Assembly (NCBI GenBank): GCA_903871975.1 | Contig: CAIQIY010000619.1 | Coordinates: 1-25,014, forward strand | Length of the DNA: 25,014 nt | Source: an uncultured Chloroflexota bacterium | GTDB taxonomy: Bacteria; Chloroflexota; Chloroflexia; Chloroflexales; Roseiflexaceae | Direction of reading: 5' to 3' | Notes under the pieces: model-generated | What the model saw: the letters and a program-made list of their open reading frames with translations, nothing else | What the model was told of the DNA's origin: nothing | Database searches by the model: none | In this document: positions 8,491 to 18,470 of the stretch, piece after piece | Numbering within the stretch: position 1 is the stretch's first letter | Layout: the number at the start of each line of letters is the position of its first letter | Program-made: the position numbers and the translations under genes

Positions 8491-9266
8491 TGGACCTGCT
8501 GCGACTCAGCGCTGTCAGCATCGCATACGGCGCGCGCCAAGCGTTGCGCCACGTCAGCCTTGATGTGCCGGCTGGCGCATTGGTGGCGCTGGTCGGGCCG
8601 AACGGCTCGGGCAAGAGCAGCCTGCTCCACGCCATCGCCGGCACGGTGACGCCGCAGGCCGGGACGATTCATCTGGGTGGTATCGCATTGACGACGCTCA
8701 CTGCCACGGCACGGGCGCGCCTGGTCGCCAGTGTGCCGCAGAGTGCACGACTGGCCGAGGGGTTCAGCGTCGCCGAAGTCGTGATGATGGGCCGCACGCC
8801 ACATATCGATCCGTGGCGTGGCAGCCGCCATCATGATGCAGCGATCGTCGCCGAAGCGATGCGTGCCGCGGGCATCGAACCGCTCGCCGACCGCTGGGTC
8901 GGTCAGCTGTCGGGCGGCGAGCAACAACGTGTGCTGATCGCCAGGGCGCTGGCGCAACAGCCGCGCGTGCTGTTGCTCGATGAGGCGACGGCACATCTGG
9001 ATGTGCACCACCAGATATCCGTCCTTGGCCTGGTGCGCATACTGGCACATCAGGGGCGCGTGGTGCTGGCGGCACTGCACGATCTGAATCTGGCTGCGCT
9101 CTATGCCGACCATCTGGTGTTGCTGGCCCATGGCACGGTGCTGGCGAGCGGGCCCCCGGCACAGGTGCTGACGGCCGCGCTGATCGAGCAGGCGTTCGGG
9201 GTATCGGTGATCATCGCGACCCATCCGTTCCATGGCACGCCACTGGTCATGCTGCGGGACCGCTGA
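8490..9266 (+). CDS. btuD: Cobalamin ABC transporter ATPase (BtuD/FepC family)
   Basis: Walker A GPNGSGKS, signature LSGGEQQR, LLLDE, ALHDLN; 1-nt TGATG overlap with the permease. Confidence 0.92.
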   Translation: MDLLRLSAVSIAYGARQALRHVSLDVPAGALVALVGPNGSGKSSLLHAIAGTVTPQAGTIHLGGIALTTLTATARARLVASVPQSARLAEGFSVAEVVMMGRTPHIDPWRGSRHHDAAIVAEAMRAAGIEPLADRWVGQLSGGEQQRVLIARALAQQPRVLLLDEATAHLDVHHQISVLGLVRILAHQGRVVLAALHDLNLAALYADHLVLLAHGTVLASGPPAQVLTAALIEQAFGVSVIIATHPFHGTPLVMLRDR

Positions 9267-9896
9267 GCATGGTCGTCGGTGGCCCCCCGCCCGATGGCGT
9301 GGATGCGCCCGAGGCGGCCATCCGGCCGATGGGTCCGCCGCCGGCTCTGGCGCGTGTCATCGGCGTACCGGTGCCGGGCATGCTTGTGGCCGTTGCATGA
9401 TGCTTGTCGCACGCGCCGCACGGCTCACGACCGCCGCACACCCGGCAGCGGCCGGGCTCTCCCGCAGTAGGGCGGCACGATGCGTCTGGCCGGAGATATC
9501 GGGAGATGACTGTCGCAGCAGGCGACTCGTCGGCGCGGGCGGGACATCGACCAGGGGGCGGGTTGCACATGATCGTTCGTGCTCGATCAGGATATGTGCG
9601 ACTGATACGCCTGTGATCGACTTGCACCCCCGGTGCAGCATGGTGGCCGGATGCACGGTACGATGCCGTGTATCCGGCCTCGAGCTGCGTGTCGCCAGCA
9701 GGCTGCCACGCCGGCGGGGTGATGGCGCCGCACACCACAGGACCTTGGTCGTGCAACACCTGCGTGTGCGCCAACTGCGGGTTGGCCATACTCACGTGTG
9801 GCCAGCAGATTGCTCCGGATGGCCATCGAACCCATCGCACCGCCGACGCCCCCAATGCGCACAGTATCACGCTGCGCGAGGGCCAGCAGAGTCATG

Positions 9897-10646
9897 TCAC
9901 AGAATCTGGCTGAGGAACAGCCGCGTACGCTCCTGTTGCGGGTTGGCAAACAACGCCTCAGGCGTGCCTTCCTCGACGATCTGCCCGTGATCCATGAAGA
10001 CGATGCGATCAGCCACCTCGCGCGCGAAGCCCATCTCGTGGGTGACACACACCATCGTCATGCCGCCGCGCGCCAAGGTCTTCATCACATCAAGCACTTC
10101 CTTCACCATCTCGGGGTCCAGTGCCGACGTCGGTTCATCAAACAGCATGATCTTCGGATCCATCGCCAATGCGCGGGCGATCGCCACACGTTGCTGCTGG
10201 CCACCCGAGAGCTGCCCCGGATACTTGGTCGCCTGCTCAGCGATGCCAACGCGCTCGAGCAGCTCCAACGCCCGTGCTTCGCTCGCACGGCGCGTGCGGC
10301 CACGCACCCAGATCGGTGCCAGCGTGATGTTCTGCATCACAGTCAGATGGGGAAACAGATTGAATTGCTGGAAGACCATTCCTACCTCACGGCGGATCGC
10401 ATCGATGTTGCGAATATCGCTGGTCATCTCGATGCCATCAACCGTGATCCGCCCGACCTGATGCTCTTCCAGGCGATTGATCGTGCGGATGAAGGTGCTC
10501 TTGCCGCTCCCCGAAGGACCGCAGACCACCACCACCTCGCCGCGGGCGATGCGCAGCGATACCCCCGACAACGCCTGGAAACTGCCGTACCACTTGCTGA
10601 CACCTTCGCAGATGATGATGTCGTCGCCCTGCAGCGTTGCGCTCAT
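9897..10646 (-). CDS. aapP: Polar amino-acid ABC transporter ATPase (AapP/BztD)
   Basis: [44 protein letters not shown] 10646 follows a GAGGGAG SD. Confidence 0.93.
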   Translation of the reverse strand: MSATLQGDDIIICEGVSKWYGSFQALSGVSLRIARGEVVVVCGPSGSGKSTFIRTINRLEEHQVGRITVDGIEMTSDIRNIDAIRREVGMVFQQFNLFPHLTVMQNITLAPIWVRGRTRRASEARALELLERVGIAEQATKYPGQLSGGQQQRVAIARALAMDPKIMLFDEPTSALDPEMVKEVLDVMKTLARGGMTMVCVTHEMGFAREVADRIVFMDHGQIVEEGTPEALFANPQQERTRLFLSQIL

Positions 10647-10656
10647 GCTCTCTCCC

Positions 10657-11883
10657 TCAGTGACGGCTCTTGGCGAACGAGTCTTCAATGCGCTTGCTGA
10701 CGCGCGACATGGTGAAACTGAAGACCCAGTACAGCGCGGCGATCACCAGAAACGTCTCACGCCAGACACCGCCAGGTGTCCCGAGCCAGTCGGGCTGCCC
10801 GACGACGTTCTGCGCAGCCCCGAGCAGATCGATCAGGCCGACGATCACGACCAGCGAGGTGTCCTTGAACAGGCCGATCGATTGACCGACCAGCAGTGGC
10901 ACAATCGCGCGCAGCGCCTGTGGGAGCGTGATCAGGAAGGTCGTCTGAACCACATTGAGCCCCAACGCACGGGCGGCTTCGGTCTGGCCGGCGGGTAATG
11001 CCTGCAATCCACCACGGACATTCTCGGCGAGATACGCTGCGCTGAACAGGGTGACGGCGACCATCGCCCGGATGAACTGATCGACGGATTCGCCGCCGGG
11101 CAAGAACAATGGCAGCAGTAGCGACCCCATGTACAGCACGGTCACCAGTGGCACACCGCGAATCAGCTCGATGTAGGCGATGCAGAAGATACGAATGATC
11201 GGTAGCCGGCTCCGCCGGCCCAGCGCCAGCGCCACACCGATCGGGAAGGACAGCACGATGCCACTGATCGCCAGCAGCAGCGTCAGCATCAGGCCACCCC
11301 AGAGCTTGGTCTCGACCACCGGCAGCCCGATGCCACCGCGCACGATCAGGATGACGATCGGGTAGGCCGTGATCCATGCGATGATCAAGACCCAGCGCAG
11401 CCAACCGCCGGCTCGGCGGCCGATCGGTATGCCGAGCAACAGCAGCGCGACACTCGTGGCGAGCGCCAGCCAGCTCGGCAGCCCCACCATCCCGGCAAAC
11501 TCCGGCAATCCAATCGCCGGTACGGCGAGGATGCCTGCCGTCAGCGCCGCGCCGATGGCGACGAGCTGCACCACGCCGCGCCAGACACCGGCACTCAGAC
11601 CGAGCAGGGCCGCGACGAACAGCACGGCGAGCTGTGGTCGCCAGATCTGATCATTGGGATACGTCCACGCCAGAATCAACTTCATGTTGGTGAACGCCGC
11701 CGGCCAGCCCTGCGCCTGCGCCACCCATCCCGCCAGACCGACGAGCGCGCTGATCAGCCCATACACCAGCACGATCGTGATGACAGCGTTGTACCACGTC
11801 GAGAACAGGTTCGCCCGTACCCAGGTCACCATGCGCTGAATGTCGGGGCTTGGTATGCGTGCTGTGGCTCCATCCGTCACCAT
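10657..11883 (-). CDS. aapM: Polar amino-acid ABC transporter permease (AapM/BztC)
   Basis: [36 protein letters not shown]...[16 protein letters not shown]; GAGGAGG SD. Confidence 0.92.
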   Translation of the reverse strand: MVTDGATARIPSPDIQRMVTWVRANLFSTWYNAVITIVLVYGLISALVGLAGWVAQAQGWPAAFTNMKLILAWTYPNDQIWRPQLAVLFVAALLGLSAGVWRGVVQLVAIGAALTAGILAVPAIGLPEFAGMVGLPSWLALATSVALLLLGIPIGRRAGGWLRWVLIIAWITAYPIVILIVRGGIGLPVVETKLWGGLMLTLLLAISGIVLSFPIGVALALGRRSRLPIIRIFCIAYIELIRGVPLVTVLYMGSLLLPLFLPGGESVDQFIRAMVAVTLFSAAYLAENVRGGLQALPAGQTEAARALGLNVVQTTFLITLPQALRAIVPLLVGQSIGLFKDTSLVVIVGLIDLLGAAQNVVGQPDWLGTPGGVWRETFLVIAALYWVFSFTMSRVSKRIEDSFAKSRH

Positions 11884-11893
11884 GCACCCCTCC

Positions 11894-13090
11894 TCAGCGT
11901 TCGACCAGCTGGATTCGACGGTTGTACCAGTTCATCAGCAGCGATGTGAACAGACTTGCCGACAGGTAGCTCACCATCAGCATCACGATCACCGGTACCG
12001 CCTGGCCGGTCTGATTGTTGATCGTGTTGGCAATGTAGAACAGGTCGGGATAGGCGATTGCCACCGCCAGGCTGCTGTTCTTGGTGAGGTTGAGGTATTG
12101 GCTCGTCATCGGCGGGATCATGATCCGTAACGCCTGTGGGAAGATCACCAGCCGCAATGTTTGCCCTTGGGTCAGCCCCAGCGCACGGGCTGCCTCGCGT
12201 TGCCCTTTGCTCACCGCGAGAATGCCACTGCGAACGATCTCACCGATGTACACCGCGGTATAGATGACCAGGCCGACCACCAGTGCCGCGAAGCTCGCCG
12301 TGACCGTTGCACCGCCGATGAAGTTGAAACGCTGCAGTTCGGGAAAGACCAGGACGGCCGGTGCCGTTCCGGTGATGACGGTGGTGAGGACATACCCCAC
12401 GCCGGCGATCACCATCCACCCCAGGATTGCGTAGGGTATGGCCACTCCTGGCCGGTCGCGGCGCCGAAACTGGATCTGGCGCACCGTGTAGATCGCGACG
12501 GCGACCAGCAGCGCGCCGACGAGCCACCAGAGCCAGCTCGCGAAACTTGCGGTTGGCTCTGGCCAGGCGAGCGTCACGCCACGATTATGCAGGAAGATGG
12601 CATCACCGATCGCGATGCTCTCCTGTACTCGTGGAAACATCTTGGTCAGATAGAACCAGAAGATCAGCTGCAACAGCAGCGGCACGTTGCGGATGATCTC
12701 GACATACGCCATGGCCACGTTGCTGAGGAGCCAGTTGCTCGAGAGCCGAAAGATGCCGAGGATGATGCCCAGGATCGTCGCCAGCACGATGCCGATGAGC
12801 GCGACGCGCGCGGTGTTCAGCAAGCCAACGACAAAGGCTTGCCAGTAGCTCATCGAGGGATCGTACGGAATCACGCTCTCGGCGATCGGAAAACTTGCCG
12901 GAACATTCAGAAAATCAAACGTTGGCAGCAGATTGGCGCGTGCCAATCCTGCGATCATGTTCTGGTAGAGCACCCAGCAGCCAGCCATCACAGCGATGGC
13001 GAAGACGATCTGCACCAGCACCGCGATGATTCGCGTGTCGCGGTAGAACGGGATCGATGATGATGAGATCCGGGGTATGCCTGATGCCAT
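11894..13090 (-). CDS. aapQ: Polar amino-acid ABC transporter permease (AapQ/BztB)
   Basis: [59 protein letters not shown] 13090 follows GGAGGG; the ORF-track N-terminal extension overlaps aapJ and is not used. Confidence 0.92.
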   Translation of the reverse strand: MASGIPRISSSSIPFYRDTRIIAVLVQIVFAIAVMAGCWVLYQNMIAGLARANLLPTFDFLNVPASFPIAESVIPYDPSMSYWQAFVVGLLNTARVALIGIVLATILGIILGIFRLSSNWLLSNVAMAYVEIIRNVPLLLQLIFWFYLTKMFPRVQESIAIGDAIFLHNRGVTLAWPEPTASFASWLWWLVGALLVAVAIYTVRQIQFRRRDRPGVAIPYAILGWMVIAGVGYVLTTVITGTAPAVLVFPELQRFNFIGGATVTASFAALVVGLVIYTAVYIGEIVRSGILAVSKGQREAARALGLTQGQTLRLVIFPQALRIMIPPMTSQYLNLTKNSSLAVAIAYPDLFYIANTINNQTGQAVPVIVMLMVSYLSASLFTSLLMNWYNRRIQLVER

Positions 13091-13173
13091 GCGCGTACCC
13101 TCCACTGTATCCGTTGCCGTACCGATGCCGGAGCGCACACCGGGGTTGTTCGGTATGCGCTCCGGCGATCCGA

Positions 13174-14277
13174 TCAGCGGAACGGTGGCGAATACAGCAG
13201 GCCGCCCTCGGTGTAGAGCGCGTTCAGGCCGCGTGGCAGATTGAACGGCGTGTCGGGGCCGAGGTTGCGGTTGTAGATCTCGGCATAGTTGCCGACATGC
13301 TTGATGACGCGTGCCGCAAAGTCGTTCGACAGGCCGACGCCCTTGCCCAGTTCGCCCTCGATGCCGAGGAAGCGGCGGATCTCGGGAACCTCGCTGGCGC
13401 TGAACTCGGCGAGGTTGGCCGAGGTGATGCCGTACTCCTCGGCCTGGAACGTCGCAAAGGTGATCCAGTTGACCGCATCGGCCCACTTCGGATCGCCCTG
13501 CAGCACGCTCGGGCCGAGCGGCTCCTTCGACATCGTGTCGGACAGGATCTGGTGGTCAGCCGGGTTGCTCAGCAGTGTGATGCTGCTGACGAGGCCCGAC
13601 TTGTCGGTGGTGAAGCCGTCGCACTGTCCGGCGTCATACGCCGAGCGCGTCTGGTCGCCATCGGGGAAGACGACTGGCTGGAATGTCAGGCCCTTGGCGC
13701 GGAAGACGTCGGCCAGGTTCAGCTCGGTGGTGGTACCGGTCTGCACGCAGATCGTCGCGCCGTCCATGTCGTTGATCGAGGTGATGCCGCTGTCCTTGCG
13801 CACCATCATGCCCTGACCATCGTAGAACGTGGTGGGCGACCAATCGAGGCCCACGTCGCCATCGCGGCCGAGCGTCCACGTGCTGTTGCGGATGAGCACG
13901 TCGATCTCGCCGGTCTGCAATGCGGTGAAGCGATCCTGGCTGCTGAGCGGTCGATACTCGACCTTGCTCGGATCATCGAACAATGCTGCAGCGACCGCCT
14001 TGCAGAAGTCGACATCGAAGCCGCTGTAGACCCCCGACGCATCGACCGACGCGAAGCCGGGCAACGGGTTGTTGTTGACACCGCAGATGACGGTGCCCCG
14101 CGCGGTGATCGCCTCGAGGCGGCCGGTGGTCGCGGCCGGTGCGGCGGGCGCCGCAGTCGGCGCCGGCGCCGTGGTCGGCGCCTCGGGGGCGGCGGTCGGC
14201 GCAGCGGGCGCCCCGCCACATGCGGCGATGATCAGGCTCAGTGCTGCCGCCAACGGAACCATGAGTGAACGTCGCAT
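13174..14277 (-). CDS. aapJ: General L-amino-acid ABC transporter substrate-binding lipoprotein (AapJ/BztA)
   Basis: Lipobox IIAAC; GFDVDFCKAVAAA, RFTALQTGEIDVL, SKEPLGP, VGNYAEIYNRNLG, GGLLYSPPFR; AAGGAG SD before ATG 14277. Confidence 0.93.
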   Translation of the reverse strand: MRRSLMVPLAAALSLIIAACGGAPAAPTAAPEAPTTAPAPTAAPAAPAATTGRLEAITARGTVICGVNNNPLPGFASVDASGVYSGFDVDFCKAVAAALFDDPSKVEYRPLSSQDRFTALQTGEIDVLIRNSTWTLGRDGDVGLDWSPTTFYDGQGMMVRKDSGITSINDMDGATICVQTGTTTELNLADVFRAKGLTFQPVVFPDGDQTRSAYDAGQCDGFTTDKSGLVSSITLLSNPADHQILSDTMSKEPLGPSVLQGDPKWADAVNWITFATFQAEEYGITSANLAEFSASEVPEIRRFLGIEGELGKGVGLSNDFAARVIKHVGNYAEIYNRNLGPDTPFNLPRGLNALYTEGGLLYSPPFR

Positions 14278-14420
14278 ACCTTCTCCTTGCGTACGAAGTA
14301 TCTCCGCTACCGGTCGAGGCGCCAGCATCGCCACGCAGCGTAGCATCGCCATGGGATTCTGTACGGGCGCGCGTCAGATCATTGTTGTCGGTGATACGCG
14401 ACCGTTGTGCTGGTGTATTC

Positions 14421-14449
14421 AGTGTACCACGGATTCTGTGGCGAATCCG
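14421..14449 (-). promoter_or_regulatory. Putative aapJ promoter (TGGTACACT extended -10) with an adjacent inverted repeat CGGATTC-N6-GAATCCG
   Basis: Extended -10 at 14421-14429 on the - strand; perfect 7-bp inverted repeat at 14430-14449 over the expected -35 position. Confidence 0.4.
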
Positions 14450-14662
14450 GGTTCATTGCGTAGAGAGAGATGGTCGACGCGCATGGCGCTGCCCGAAGGA
14501 TGTTCTCGCGGTACATGGGCGCGCGGCATCCGACCGTCCTCCCGTTCCCGACCGGTCGGACGGTGATCACGAGTACGCCGACGGGGATGCTGCCGCACGG
14601 ATTGCCGGTATAATCATCTGGCAGCACGTGGTATGTCTGTCGCGAGTCGTGGCTGGACACCG

Positions 14663-15115
14663 ATGAACGTGGTACACCGACGATGGCGCATCGTCAATCA
14701 TACGCGCGGATCACTCATCGCTGATCGTGCAGTCGTCGTGGCTGGCCTGTGGCAGCGTGCACGTGGGTTGCTGGGCCGCCCGGCGCTCGCGGCGGGTGAT
14801 GCGCTGATGCTGCGTGGCACCACTGCGATCCACACCTGGGGGATGCAGCAGGTGATCGATGTGGTTGGTATCGACGAGCACGGTATCGTGTGCCACATGG
14901 CGCAGATGGTGATTCCCGGCAGGATCGTCATCGGCGCGGCGCCATGGCGTCGGTTCAGCATGCTCGAACTGCCGGCCGGGCAGGTAGGGTGTAGTGCGAC
15001 CCGCATCGCCGATCGACTGCGCATCGAGCCATGGGATGGTGGCGGGCAGTTGTGTCGGGCTGCCCGATTGCCCGAACGGACGGACGAGCAGTGCGCGTCG
15101 GTGGGGGCGCAGTGA
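14663..15115 (+). CDS. DUF192-family protein
   Basis: A..lWQRARGLLGR..L..GDALML....IHTWGM...IDVV.ID and final LELPAG match the DUF192 pattern. Start is uncertain. Confidence 0.75.
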   Translation: MNVVHRRWRIVNHTRGSLIADRAVVVAGLWQRARGLLGRPALAAGDALMLRGTTAIHTWGMQQVIDVVGIDEHGIVCHMAQMVIPGRIVIGAAPWRRFSMLELPAGQVGCSATRIADRLRIEPWDGGGQLCRAARLPERTDEQCASVGAQ

Positions 15116-15654
15116 TGCGCTGGTCGAAGACCATCACGGGGCATGAACCGGCGATCATCGCGCTCATCACCGCAGCATTCACCGATGCCCAAGGCGTCGC
15201 GGAGGGCGAACTGGTGGGCGGTCTCGTGCGTCATCAGCTGGCGGGTACTGCACCCGCCGACATCCATGTCTTCACTGCCGTGGAGCACGATGTGCTGGCT
15301 GGTGTGGCGGTATTCACCCGGCTACGCTATGCGAACGATCCGCGCGTGGTGTTCATCCTCTCGCCGATGGCAGTGGCGACATGGCGCCAACGCCAGGGAA
15401 TCGGCCAGGGATTGCTGCGCCACGCGCTCGCTGAGTTGCGCGTCGCCGGTGTCGATGTGGTGACGACCTACGGCGATCCGGCATTCTACGGGCACGTCGG
15501 ATTCGCGCCGATCAGTATTGCCACTGTCCCCGCGCCACTCCCGCTCAGCCAGCCCATGGGGTGGCTCGGTCAATCGCTGACCGGACACCCGCTGACGCAG
15601 TTGCAGGGCCCTGCCACGTGCGTCGCAGCGCTGCACGATCCGAGGTTCTGGTGA
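15115..15654 (+). CDS. GNAT N-acetyltransferase (YhbS-like)
   Basis: ILSPMAVATWRQRQGIGQGLL (motif A), TYGDPAFYGHVGF; TGATG overlap with DUF192. Confidence 0.88.
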   Translation: MRWSKTITGHEPAIIALITAAFTDAQGVAEGELVGGLVRHQLAGTAPADIHVFTAVEHDVLAGVAVFTRLRYANDPRVVFILSPMAVATWRQRQGIGQGLLRHALAELRVAGVDVVTTYGDPAFYGHVGFAPISIATVPAPLPLSQPMGWLGQSLTGHPLTQLQGPATCVAALHDPRFW

Positions 15655-15925
15655 GCTGCGGAAGCGATCCAGCACGTGCCTGCGGTGACCCACCATCGAG
15701 GTGTCGGCGATATGGCAGTGCTGTGGTCGGGGCGCGGCTGCAGCGCCGCACCGCGCCGGCCATGGTTGGGCAGGCTGCTGCCCGGAGTCGCGTGGGGCGC
15801 GCATGGTCGCCCATGCAGTCACCAGCGCCGCCGGGCCTATGCCGGCTTCGACAGGATCAGCCATGCCATCACCAGCCAACCCGCCGGATGGCGGGTCGGG
15901 CCATGTAGCCAGCGGGCCCCCGCCC

Positions 15926-17884
15926 ATGCGGAGTGTGACTGTGCCATCACTTGCCTCACCTGCTGTCCGACGCCTGCTCGTCTTGTGCTGTGGGCTGATC
16001 GCGACGCCGCTCTATCTGGCGACGCTGACACAGGTGCACACCTTCGATGCCCTGTCGTACGTGACCAGCGTCGAGCGCAAGCCCTGGCAGGCGCTGTTCC
16101 ATCCCCATCATCTGGCGTACGGCCCGATGGGTGCCGCCCTGGCATGGCTGAGCGCCGCGATCGCACCGGGCAGCGGCGCGGCCATACCGCTCCAGGTCGT
16201 CAACGCCATCGCCGGCGCATGTGGCATCGCCCTATTCGCCGACCTGCTGATGCGGCTCGCGATTCGACCGGCGGTGGCAGTGGTGTCCGCCGGGATACTC
16301 GGCGGGAGTTACGCGTTCTGGTACTACGCCGTCGAAATCGAGGTCTACACGCTTGCGGCGCTCTTCCTCATTCTGGGCATGCGCTTGGTGCTCATGCCGG
16401 AGCCGTGGACTACGCGGCGGGCTGCTCTGCTGGGCGTTGTCCATGCCCTCGCCGTGCTCTTCCACCAGACGAACGTGCTGTTTGGCCTCGTGATCGCCGT
16501 CGTGGCACTGACGCAGCGCGATCTTCCATGGCGCGGCTGGCTGCGTCGTTGGTCGATCTATGCCGCAGTCGCCAGCGCAGGCATCCTGCTGCCCTACCTG
16601 TTCGCCGGTGTCATCGTCAGCGGGTTCGTCACGCCCGATGCGCTGTGGGCCTGGCTGACCGAGTATGCCCGTACCGGATGGTGGGGTGGCGCGCTGTTTG
16701 ATGGCGCCAGGCTTGTCGAGTTCGGCCGTGGCATCGACATGACGATTGCCGCTGCAGGTGGCGCATGGCTCTGGCTGGCACTCGCGGCGCTGGCGTGCTG
16801 GGGCTGGTGTGTCGGCGGCCGGATCGGCACGGTGCTGGCACCATGTACTGCCTGGCTGGTGAGCTACGGGCTGTTCTTCTTTTGGTGGGAGCCAGACAAC
16901 ATCGAGTTCTGGATCGCCAGCCTGCCGCCATTGCTGCTGCTGTGGGCACGCGCAGCCAACGGTGGCGACGTGGGCCGCTGGTCGCTGATGCGCATCGGGC
17001 TGGCTGGCAGCATCGTCGTGGGCCTCATCGGCGCCAACGGCGATGCCATCGCGCAGCGTGGCGATGCTGCCCGGGATCTGCAGCGCGTCATCGCACGCGC
17101 GCTGGCCGAGCGCTCGACGCCCGCCGATCTCTTGCTCGTCCCCGATGGCCTGCTCGAACTCTATCTGCCCTACTACGAGCGGCGCGAGAATTTCTTGTCG
17201 CTGAATCAGGCGCTGTTCGACGCCGACGGCGACTGGCCGCGTGCCTGCGACACCATGCGTGCCCGCATCGAGCAGGCGCTGCATGCCGGCGCGACGGTCA
17301 TCATCGCCGATGCGGTGCGCCGCCCGCCCGAAGACCTGCTCACACGCCATCGTACGCTTGCCGCCGGGGCGCCCGACGCATGCCTTGCACCGTATCTCGT
17401 GCTGCTCGAACCGCTCACGTTGCCGGACATGGTGCCGGGATATGCGGCGCTGCGTCGCGCCGACGCGCTGGCGCTCGGCACTGGCTGGAGTTTTTCCGCT
17501 GCACCGCTCGGTTGGCGCCTCGAGCACGCCCGCGACGAAGGTCATCGACAAGGGTGGCACTTCGTCCCCGGCGTCGACCCGGCGCTGCTCAGCCCGCTGC
17601 TGTCACTCGATGCCGCACGCGTCAGCGCCATCGAGATTCGCCTGCGCAACCAGACGAACGCACGTGATGCGCAGCTGTTCTACGCCGACACGTCCGGCAC
17701 GCTCGTCGAAGCGCGTTCGGTGCGCTGGACGCTCGATCCGGCTCGCGGGCCGGTCACCTATCGGCTGGAGCTGGCGGGTGCGCCGGGTTGGGCGGATCGC
17801 ATCAGTCGCATCCGGATCGATCCTGTGGGGCAGGGTGATGGTGGCACGATGACCATCGAATCGGTGCGCTTCATCATGCGCTGA
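15926..17884 (+). CDS. Multi-pass GT-C fold glycosyltransferase-like membrane protein (DUF2723/ArnT-like) with a C-terminal beta-sandwich domain
   Basis: About 10 hydrophobic segments; acidic residue after TM1 (HTFDALSY); WYYAVEIEVYTL and FHQTNVLF; soluble C-terminus ending WADRISRIRIDP. Start uncertain (15926-15941 preferred over 15701). Confidence 0.7.
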   Translation: MRSVTVPSLASPAVRRLLVLCCGLIATPLYLATLTQVHTFDALSYVTSVERKPWQALFHPHHLAYGPMGAALAWLSAAIAPGSGAAIPLQVVNAIAGACGIALFADLLMRLAIRPAVAVVSAGILGGSYAFWYYAVEIEVYTLAALFLILGMRLVLMPEPWTTRRAALLGVVHALAVLFHQTNVLFGLVIAVVALTQRDLPWRGWLRRWSIYAAVASAGILLPYLFAGVIVSGFVTPDALWAWLTEYARTGWWGGALFDGARLVEFGRGIDMTIAAAGGAWLWLALAALACWGWCVGGRIGTVLAPCTAWLVSYGLFFFWWEPDNIEFWIASLPPLLLLWARAANGGDVGRWSLMRIGLAGSIVVGLIGANGDAIAQRGDAARDLQRVIARALAERSTPADLLLVPDGLLELYLPYYERRENFLSLNQALFDADGDWPRACDTMRARIEQALHAGATVIIADAVRRPPEDLLTRHRTLAAGAPDACLAPYLVLLEPLTLPDMVPGYAALRRADALALGTGWSFSAAPLGWRLEHARDEGHRQGWHFVPGVDPALLSPLLSLDAARVSAIEIRLRNQTNARDAQLFYADTSGTLVEARSVRWTLDPARGPVTYRLELAGAPGWADRISRIRIDPVGQGDGGTMTIESVRFIMR

Positions 17885-17885
17885 A

Positions 17886-18470
17886 TCATGCCGGCGCTTC
17901 GTAGCAGGCGCGACACCGTGCCTCGTAGAGCTCGAGGCCACCGACTGCAATCGTCGGTGCGGCGCGTGGTGCCGGTCGCCCGTCGATCAGCCGTTGTGAA
18001 CGGGTGGCATACGCGCCGCAGCGCACACAGATTGCCATCAACTTGTCGACCTGCTCGGCGACTGCCATCAGTTGTGCGAGCGCCGGGAACGGCAGCGCCC
18101 GGAAATCCTGATCCAGCCCGGCGACGATCACCCGATGGCCGGCATCGGCGAGCGCCTGGCACACAGCGACGACCCGCTCGGGCGGATCGTCGAGGAAGTG
18201 CAGTTCGTCGAGCGCGACAGCCACCGCACCGGCAGGAACCAGCGTCGGAATGTCGTCGACGGTGTCGACGATCTGTGCCGCTACCGACAGCCCGTTGTGG
18301 CTCACCAGATTGCCCGGGCGGTAGCGCGTGTCGCGCCGCGGCGTGAATGCGGCCAGCGCCTGGCGCGCGATGCGCACGTGGTTCAGTCGCCGGATGAGCT
18401 CCTCGGTTTTGCCACTGAACATGCATCCGCAAATGACCTCGATGCGCCCACTCGCCGACGGCCTGGTCAT
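17886..18470 (-). CDS. tdk: Thymidine kinase (type II, Zn-binding)
   Basis: [45 protein letters not shown]; ATG overlaps the MFS stop (TGATG). Confidence 0.95.
   Translation of the reverse strand: MTRPSASGRIEVICGCMFSGKTEELIRRLNHVRIARQALAAFTPRRDTRYRPGNLVSHNGLSVAAQIVDTVDDIPTLVPAGAVAVALDELHFLDDPPERVVAVCQALADAGHRVIVAGLDQDFRALPFPALAQLMAVAEQVDKLMAICVRCGAYATRSQRLIDGRPAPRAAPTIAVGGLELYEARCRACYEAPA

Noticed and set aside
9247-9870. 207-aa ORF in the convergent gap
   Set aside because: No SD, low-complexity Pro/Gly/Ala/Arg composition, and no recognisable motif.
15701-15925. N-terminal extensions given by the ORF track (also 11894-13486, 17886-18779, 19770-20984, 22033, 23237)
   Set aside because: They overlap neighbouring genes or promoters and lack SD sequences; downstream starts have an SD, a stop/start overlap or match family length.
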